A DNA stretch of 64,000 nucleotides from an uncultured Candidatus Binatia bacterium. Its GTDB lineage: Bacteria; Desulfobacterota; Binatia; UBA9968; JAJDTQ01. This document shows, piece after piece, positions 57,974 to 64,000 of this stretch. The translations under genes and the position numbers were made by a program. The stretch spans positions 2,560,001-2,624,000 of the forward strand of contig OZ219754.1 of assembly GCA_964291295.2 (NCBI GenBank), in the 5' to 3' direction. The notes below the pieces were generated by a model, which did not search any database, had not been told where the DNA came from, and saw only the letters and a list, made by a program, of their open reading frames with translations. The first letter of the stretch is position 1, and every line of letters begins with the position of its first letter.

Positions 57974-59491
57974 ATGATGCTCGACGCCTTCGTGGAAGGA
58001 CTGCTTCACGTCCTTTCCTGGCCTGCCTTCGGCTTTCTGCTCCTGGGGGCTCTGGTGGGGTTCATCGTGGGGATTCTCCCCGGCCTGGGCGGCCTGGCCA
58101 CCCTGGCGCTGATGCTCCCCTTCGCCTACAAGATCGGGGAGCCCATCTCGGCCTTTGCCTTTCTCCTGGGCATGCACGCCATCACCGGCACCACCGGTGA
58201 CATCACCTCGATCCTCTTCGGCATCCCGGGAGAGGGCACGGCCGCGGCCACCATCATGGACGGCTATCCCATGACCAAGAACGGCGAGGCCGGCCGGGCC
58301 ATGGGCGCCGCGCTCATGAGTTCGCTGGTGGCCGGTCTCGAAGGCGCCGTCATTCTGGCCCTCGCCATTCCCGTCATGCGCCCGCTGGTGCTGTTCTTCG
58401 GCTCGCCGGAGCTGTTCATGCTGGCGATCCTGGGCATCACCTTCATCGCGTCGCTCAGCGGATCCTCCCTCACCAAGGGGCTCCTGTGCGGCGGCATCGG
58501 GCTCATGCTGGCGGCCATCGGGGTCGATCCCCAGACCGGGACGCTGCGTTACACGTTGGGCACGCTGTATCTCTGGGATGGCCTGAGTCTGGGGCCGGTG
58601 GTGGTGGGACTCTTCGCCATTCCCGAGATCATTGACCTGGCGGTGCGGGGCACCAGCATCGCCGAGACCAAGGTGGCGAAGATCACCGGCGTCATGGAAG
58701 GGGTCAAGGACACCTTCCGCCACTTCGGTCTGACCATGCGTTGCGGTTTCATCGGCGCCTTCATCGGGGCCTTGCCGGGTCTCGGCGGCGGCGTGTCGCA
58801 GTGGCTGGCCTACGGCCACGCGGTGCAGTCGTCCAGGGACAAGAGCCGGTTCGGCAAAGGAGCGGTGGAAGGGGTGCTGGGGCCCGGTGCGGCCAACAAC
58901 TCGCGGGAGGGGGGCAACCTCATCCCCACGGTGGCCTTCGGCATCCCGGGCAGCAGCGCCATGGCGATCCTGCTGGGAGCGTTCCTGATCGTCGGTCTCA
59001 ATCCGGGTCCGGAGATGCTCACCAAACACCTGGACGTGACCTTTGCCATGGTCTGGATCCTGGTGGTGGCCAACGTCCTCACCGTGGGCGCAAGCTTCCT
59101 GTTCCTGAACCAGCTCGTGAAGCTCACCTTCGTCCGGGGTCACCTGCTGATACCCTTTCTCCTCATGTTCGTCTTTCTGGGAGCCTTCGCGGCCCACAAC
59201 AACTTCAGCGACATCATCGTCACCGTCCTGTTCGGCCTGTTGGGTTACGTCATGGTGCTGTTCCAATGGCCGAGACCCCCCTTCGTGCTGGGGCTGGTGC
59301 TCGGCACCATCGTGGAGAACTACCTGTGGATCTCCAGCAGCGCCTATGGGTCGGCGTGGCTCACGCACCCCACCGTGGCAGGTATCTTCCTGCTGATGGT
59401 GGGAACGCTGTTCTACTCCATCATTCAGACACGCAGGGGCCGGTCCCTGGAGAACACGGCCCGGCAGAGCGCCGAGGGAACACGGGAGTAA
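57974..59491 (+). CDS. Tripartite tricarboxylate transporter permease (TctA)
   Basis: GILPGLGG, SILFGIPG, DGYPM, AANN, PTVAFGIPGS. Confidence 0.95.
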   Translation: MMLDAFVEGLLHVLSWPAFGFLLLGALVGFIVGILPGLGGLATLALMLPFAYKIGEPISAFAFLLGMHAITGTTGDITSILFGIPGEGTAAATIMDGYPMTKNGEAGRAMGAALMSSLVAGLEGAVILALAIPVMRPLVLFFGSPELFMLAILGITFIASLSGSSLTKGLLCGGIGLMLAAIGVDPQTGTLRYTLGTLYLWDGLSLGPVVVGLFAIPEIIDLAVRGTSIAETKVAKITGVMEGVKDTFRHFGLTMRCGFIGAFIGALPGLGGGVSQWLAYGHAVQSSRDKSRFGKGAVEGVLGPGAANNSREGGNLIPTVAFGIPGSSAMAILLGAFLIVGLNPGPEMLTKHLDVTFAMVWILVVANVLTVGASFLFLNQLVKLTFVRGHLLIPFLLMFVFLGAFAAHNNFSDIIVTVLFGLLGYVMVLFQWPRPPFVLGLVLGTIVENYLWISSSAYGSAWLTHPTVAGIFLLMVGTLFYSIIQTRRGRSLENTARQSAEGTRE

Positions 59492-59503
59492 CACCTGCTC
59501 GCC

Positions 59504-60358
59504 GTGGCCCTGGGCCTGCTGGCCTCCCTCGCCTTCGCCTGCACCGCGACGCTGGTTCATCGAGGTGTGCGCCACCTCGACCCCTTCAGCGGCCTGATGG
59601 TGGACCTTTCCTTCAACGCGCTGGTCCTGTGGCTCTTCGTCTTCACGTTTCACGATCTCTCGGAACTGTGGGCGGGCGCCAATCTGATCTTCGCCGGCTC
59701 GGGGCTCATCGTTCCGGGGATCTTCCGCCTGATGGCGTTCAAGGGCATCGAACGGCTGGGCGCGGCGGCGGCCACGGCGGTTCTCAATTCGGCGCCGCTC
59801 TTTGCCCTGCTCCTGGCCGTGGTGCTGCTGGACGAAAAGCCGGGTCCCGTCAACCTGCTGGGGGCGGCGGCCGTGGTCAGCGGCCTGGTGTTTCTCTCGT
59901 GGAAGGACGAATCGAGGTCCTGGCGTCCCCGGGATGCATTCTATCCGGTGGCGGGCGCGTTGTGCGCGGGCCTGCGTGACAACGTGGTCCGCCTCGGGCT
60001 TCTTGCCGGCCCGGCCCCCATGGTGGGGGCGGCGGTCACGGTCACCACCTCGTTGCTGACCATGTCCGCAGTCTATTTCCCGGTCCACGGCCTGACCCCC
60101 CTGAGGCGTTGCCGGCCGGGCGTTCTCGGCTGCTTCGCGCTGGTGGGGGTCGTGCACTTCGTTGCCTATCTCTTCATGTTCACGGCCCTGGACATGGCGG
60201 ATGTGGCGGTGGTCTCCCCGCTGATTCACTGCTTCTCGTTCTTTACCCTGGGACTTTCTCCGCTTATCCTGGGCGACGTCGACCCGATTACGCGGCGCAA
60301 GGTCGCGGCCACCTCCATGGTGGTGCTGGGCGTGCTGCTGATCGCGTGGTCGCGGTAA
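59504..60358 (+). CDS. DMT/EamA family transporter
   Basis: About ten hydrophobic helices in two EamA-like repeats. Confidence 0.82.
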   Translation: MALGLLASLAFACTATLVHRGVRHLDPFSGLMVDLSFNALVLWLFVFTFHDLSELWAGANLIFAGSGLIVPGIFRLMAFKGIERLGAAAATAVLNSAPLFALLLAVVLLDEKPGPVNLLGAAAVVSGLVFLSWKDESRSWRPRDAFYPVAGALCAGLRDNVVRLGLLAGPAPMVGAAVTVTTSLLTMSAVYFPVHGLTPLRRCRPGVLGCFALVGVVHFVAYLFMFTALDMADVAVVSPLIHCFSFFTLGLSPLILGDVDPITRRKVAATSMVVLGVLLIAWSR

Positions 60359-60367
60359 GGGCGAACC

Positions 60368-60997
60368 GTGTGGACATTGCCGAATCTCCTGAGCCTGTTC
60401 CGGATCGCCCTGGTTCCGTTCCTGGCCTACCTGCTGGCGTTCACCGATCCGGTGTCCTGTGCACTGTCCGCGCTGGTCTTCATCGCCGCCTCGCTCACGG
60501 ACATGCTGGACGGCTATCTGGCGCGCCGGAACAAGAGCGTCTCGGACTTCGGCAAGCTCCTGGATCCCCTGGCCGACAAGCTGCTGGTGGTGACCAGCCT
60601 GATCATGCTGGCGGCCATCGATCGGCCCGGAGATGCGTACGTGCCGGTATGGCTGGTGGTGATCATCGTCGCGCGCGAGGTGGCCGTCACCGTGTTGCGC
60701 AGCATCGCCCTGAGCGAGGGCATCGTCATCCCGGCCGATGAACTGGGCAAGTACAAGCTGCTGGTGCAGACCTTCGCCCTGGTGGGGCTTATGGTTCACT
60801 ACCGGTACGCCGGTATCGACTTCTTCGCGGCGGGCGTGTACTTCCTCGTGCTGTCCGCCGTGCTTGCGGTCTGGTCCGGGGTCGACTATCATCTTCGTTT
60901 CCTGCGCTCCCTGCGGGAGCGGTCCCGCCTCTCCGGCATTCCGGGCTCCTCCCCGGGAGAGGAGCGGGAAATTGACAAGCCTGCGCGGATGATGTAG
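60368..60997 (+). CDS. pgsA: CDP-diacylglycerol--glycerol-3-phosphate 3-phosphatidyltransferase
   Basis: LPNLLS..RI, TDMLDGYLAR....SDFGKLLDPLADK, RE, GKYK. Confidence 0.93.
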   Translation: MWTLPNLLSLFRIALVPFLAYLLAFTDPVSCALSALVFIAASLTDMLDGYLARRNKSVSDFGKLLDPLADKLLVVTSLIMLAAIDRPGDAYVPVWLVVIIVAREVAVTVLRSIALSEGIVIPADELGKYKLLVQTFALVGLMVHYRYAGIDFFAAGVYFLVLSAVLAVWSGVDYHLRFLRSLRERSRLSGIPGSSPGEEREIDKPARMM

Positions 60998-61002
60998 ATA
61001 AT
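60972..61002 (+). promoter_or_regulatory. Probable sigma70 promoter of tRNA-Gly
   Basis: TTGACA at 60972 and TAGATAAT about 17-19 nt later, just upstream of the tRNA. Confidence 0.55.
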
Positions 61003-61012
61003 GTCAAAAGAT

Positions 61013-61089
61013 GCGGGTGTAGCTCAGTTGGCTAGAGCGTATGCTTGCCAAGCATAAGGTCGCCGGTTCGAACCCGGTCACCCGCTCCA
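61013..61089 (+). tRNA. tRNA-Gly(GCC)
   Basis: GCGGGTGTAGCTCAGTTGGCTAGAGCGTATGCTTGCCAAGCATAAGGTCGCCGGTTCGAACCCGGTCACCCGCTCCA. Confidence 0.97.
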
Positions 61090-61174
61090 CCTCCGCCGCG
61101 GTCCGTTCCCGGTCCCTTCCTTGTCTGTTGTTCCGACCCTGCGTTGCTATCGGCCGTGTCGTCCGTCCGCTGTC

Positions 61175-61744
61175 ATGCAGGGTCCGCTGACATTCGCCAC
61201 CTCCAACAGCCACAAGTTTCGCGAGGCGAGCGCCATCCTCGGGGAGTACGGAATCCCGTTGGAGATGGCCGCGCTGGAGCTCCGGGAGATCCAGGCCGAC
61301 GCCCTCGAGGAGATCGCCGCGGAGAAGGCCCGTGAGGCCTGCCGCAAGGTGGGCGGTGCCGTCATGGTGGAGGACACCGGTCTTTTCGTCCACGCCCTTG
61401 GCGGCTTCCCCGGCCCATATTCGGCCTACGTGTTTCGCACCGTCGGAAACCAGGGGATCCTGCGGCTGCTGGAGGGTGCGGCGGACCGTGGCGCGACGTT
61501 TCACTCGGTGTTCGCCTGCTGCCGTCCGGATGGCTCGCCCGAGTGTTTCGGCTCCTCGGTGGCCGGCGCCATCGCCCTGGAGTGCCGGGGAGGGGGCTGG
61601 GGCTACGATCCCGTCTTCATGGCCGAGGGGGCCTCGGGAAGAACCTATGGTGAACTCGGCAGCGGGAAGAACCGGTTGTCCCACCGCCGCGCGGCGCTGG
61701 AGCGCCTCGCCCGCCGGATTCACGATCCCGGAAAGACGCTCTGA
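61175..61744 (+). CDS. rdgB: Non-canonical purine NTP pyrophosphatase (Ham1/RdgB family), archaeal-type signature
   Basis: FATSNSHK..E, EIQ, EDTGL, GFPGPY, WGYDPVF, KNRLSHR. Confidence 0.93.
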   Translation: MQGPLTFATSNSHKFREASAILGEYGIPLEMAALELREIQADALEEIAAEKAREACRKVGGAVMVEDTGLFVHALGGFPGPYSAYVFRTVGNQGILRLLEGAADRGATFHSVFACCRPDGSPECFGSSVAGAIALECRGGGWGYDPVFMAEGASGRTYGELGSGKNRLSHRRAALERLARRIHDPGKTL

Positions 61745-61781
61745 GCCGCATCCGCTGTTGTGGCGGGAGGGGGGCGGCGCC

Positions 61782-63191
61782 TCAGGCGCTGACGGCCTGG
61801 CTGTGGTCCCGGAGCACGCGGGCGACACAGCCCGTGAGGTTCATGGCCGTCTCCAGGTGCAGGAACTCGTTGGGCCCGTGGGCATTGGACCCGGGACCGA
61901 GCACTCCGGTGATCATGAACTGTGCCTGCGGGAACCTGTCCGCCAGCATGGCCATGAACGGTATGGTGCCACCCTCTCCGGTGGCGCAGGTGTCCTGTCC
62001 GAAAAATTCGCGGGACGCGCGGTTCATGGATTCTTCCAACCACGGGGCGAACGCCGGCGCGTTCCAGCCGCCGGTGCCCTGTCCCGGTTTGAATGTCACC
62101 TTGGCCCGGTAAGGCGGGTCCCCCGTCAGGGTCTCTCTCAGGCAGGCCACCGACGCCCCGGGGTCGGCGGAAGGAGGCAGGCGAAGCGACAGCCTGACCG
62201 CGGTCCCGGCGCGCAGCACATTGCCCGCACGTTCCGGGCTGGGGAGTCCGGCCGCGCCGATGATCTCGAGCTGGGGCCTCCAGGTACGGTTGAGCAGCAG
62301 TTCGGCGACGTCGCCGGTTACCGGCGTGGTGCCGGGATGGAAGGGGTAACTGTCGTACAGGCCCGCCCCGAGCACTTGGGCTGCCGTCCGGGCCTGCGCG
62401 ATCCGGTCGTGCGGGATCTCCACATGCAGGCCCGGTGGCAGGATCCATCCGGTATCCTCGTCTTCCAGACGGCTCAGCAGGCGCCGCAGGATCCGGAAGC
62501 TCGACGGCACGATGCCGCTGGCGGCACCGGAATGAACCCCCTCGGTGAGGGTCGCCACCGAGAGCGTGGCGTTGATCACGCCCCGCAACGAGGTCGTGAC
62601 CCAGAGCCGCTGGTAGTCGCCGCAGCCCGAGTCCAGGCACACCACCAGATCGGGCGTGCCGATGCGGTCCGCCAGCGCATCGACGTAGTGGGGAAGGTCG
62701 AAGCTGCCGCTCTCCTCGCAGGCTTCGACAAGGACCACGCAGCGCGCGCAGGGAATGGACTCGGACTGCAGCGCCTTGATCGCGGTCAGGGCGGCGAACA
62801 TCCCGTAACCGTCGTCCGCACCGCCCCGGCCGTAGAGCCTGCCGTCTTCCAGGACCGGCTTCCATGGCCCCAGGTCGGGGCGCCATCCTTCCATGGCGGG
62901 CTGCTTGTCGAGGTGCCCGTAGAGCAACACGGTGCCGCGGCCCGACCCGGGTATCTCCATGAACAGCAGCGGTGTCCGGCCCTCCGCCCGCGCCACCTGA
63001 AGGTTCAGGCCCGGAATGTCCTGAGCCGTCGTCCACTGCGAGAAGAGTTCCACCGCCCGGTCCATGTGCCCGTGCTCCCGCCACTGTGCATCGAAGGCCG
63101 GAGATTCGTTGGGGATGGCGATGTAGTCCTTCAGCGCCGGCATGACGCTGTTCCGCCAGGTTTCGCGAATGAAGGATCGGATTCGAGACAT
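61782..63191 (-). CDS. M20 dipeptidase/deacylase (CNDP-like)
   Basis: YGHLDKQP, LYGRGGADDG, CEESGS, GEGGTIP, AHGPNE. Confidence 0.92.
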   Translation of the reverse strand: MSRIRSFIRETWRNSVMPALKDYIAIPNESPAFDAQWREHGHMDRAVELFSQWTTAQDIPGLNLQVARAEGRTPLLFMEIPGSGRGTVLLYGHLDKQPAMEGWRPDLGPWKPVLEDGRLYGRGGADDGYGMFAALTAIKALQSESIPCARCVVLVEACEESGSFDLPHYVDALADRIGTPDLVVCLDSGCGDYQRLWVTTSLRGVINATLSVATLTEGVHSGAASGIVPSSFRILRRLLSRLEDEDTGWILPPGLHVEIPHDRIAQARTAAQVLGAGLYDSYPFHPGTTPVTGDVAELLLNRTWRPQLEIIGAAGLPSPERAGNVLRAGTAVRLSLRLPPSADPGASVACLRETLTGDPPYRAKVTFKPGQGTGGWNAPAFAPWLEESMNRASREFFGQDTCATGEGGTIPFMAMLADRFPQAQFMITGVLGPGSNAHGPNEFLHLETAMNLTGCVARVLRDHSQAVSA

Positions 63192-63268
63192 CTCCTGCCT
63201 TTCCGGCCGGCGGCGGGTTCCCGGCCCGGGCGTCACCCGGCTCCGCGGGTCTGAATACGCACCGCGGG

Positions 63269-64000
63269 TCAATCGACGCTGTTCTCCGGTGTGTCCTCTC
63301 CGGGTAGCGGATAGCGAAAGCGTTCGACCTCGGCGTGGCCCGCGCCCATGTCCACCAGTTCGTCCACGTCGAGGGCGGCTTCGGCTTCCCGTACCCGCCT
63401 CAGGGTGGCCTTGACCGCGGGATGCCTCGGCACGAAGAGCTGGCAGCAATCCTGATCCGGCTGGACCGAGGTTTCGAAGGTGCCGATGGCCATGGCCTGG
63501 TCGATAATCTCCTGCTTGTCCATGCCGATGAGCGGTCGCAGCACGGGCAGCCGCGCGGCCTCCTCGATGACGGCGATGTTGGGCAGCGTCTGGGACGCCA
63601 CCTGGGCCATGCTCTCGCCGGTCACCAGCGCCCGGGCGCGCTCCCTGGCGGCGATGACCGATGCGATCCGGAGCATCATCCGGCGATAGATCACCACCCG
63701 GAGCGGTCGCAGCACAGCGGCGACGATCCGGCGCTGGATCTCGCCGAACGGCACCATGTGGAGGCGCGAGAGGAACTGGTAGCGGCTGAGCTGCTCCACC
63801 AGTGCCCTGGACTTCTCCTGGGACGAGCGGTCCAGGAACGGGCTGCCGTGGAAGTGGACGAAGATGAGGCGGCAGCCGCGCTGCATCATCCGGTAGGATG
63901 CCACCGGAGAGTCGATTCCGCCGGAGATGAGCGAGACCAGCCGCCCGCTGGTGCCCACCGGAAGGCCGCCGGGGCCCGGCATCCGCCTCAGGCTCAGGAA
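63269..64000 (-). CDS. thiI: tRNA 4-thiouridine synthase (3' part; 5' end beyond the window)
   Basis: GGLPVGTSG, SGGIDSPV, TGES..QVASQT, RPLIGMDKQEI, DCC. Confidence 0.95.
   Translation of the reverse strand, partial: FLSLRRMPGPGGLPVGTSGRLVSLISGGIDSPVASYRMMQRGCRLIFVHFHGSPFLDRSSQEKSRALVEQLSRYQFLSRLHMVPFGEIQRRIVAAVLRPLRVVIYRRMMLRIASVIAARERARALVTGESMAQVASQTLPNIAVIEEAARLPVLRPLIGMDKQEIIDQAMAIGTFETSVQPDQDCCQLFVPRHPAVKATLRRVREAEAALDVDELVDMGAGHAEVERFRYPLPGEDTPENSVD

Noticed and set aside
57941-60892. 983-aa minus-strand ORF and similar long antisense ORFs (e.g. 34..1053, 8455..10263, 11137..13086, 31085..33223)
   Set aside because: These are shadow ORFs opposite well-supported genes, expected at high GC, and show no motifs.
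14862-61089. tRNA-anchored integrative elements at tRNA-Lys, tRNA-Met or tRNA-Gly
   Set aside because: No integrase and no duplicated tRNA 3' end were seen. The flanking genes are host-like.

Overview
High-GC bacterial chromosomal window with about 55 CDS and 3 tRNAs (Lys-TTT, Met-CAT, Gly-GCC). It is mostly metabolic and housekeeping: msrPQ, asnS, prpB/prpD, fbp/fbaB, pgsA, thiI, peptidases, ABC and tripartite tricarboxylate transporters, three ornithine-cyclodeaminase paralogues, a Rieske oxygenase and a UbiD enzyme. The gene mix suggests a Binatia/'Deltaproteobacteria'-like organism (inference only). The standout is a less GC-rich insert at about 16.3-24.5 kb. It holds an overlapping two-gene operon: a ~774-aa protein ending in an Ig-like domain plus a domain matching the archaeal/eukaryotic ribosomal protein eL13 (L13e) signature, followed by a 1400-aa DEAH helicase with C-terminal DUF1998 (Druantia DruE-like). 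An intact IS630 element lies on one side and a decayed nuclease remnant on the other. Other oddities: a phenylphosphate-carboxylase alpha/gamma-like pair behind a PaaK-like ligase, an NCS2 permease fused to a degenerate anti-sigma-kinase fold, an OppB-like permease with a ~290-aa insertion, an archaeal-type ITPase after tRNA-Gly, a two-gene hydrophobic-hairpin module, and many short tandem duplications in intergenic DNA. All family assignments are motif recognition by eye; no searches were run.
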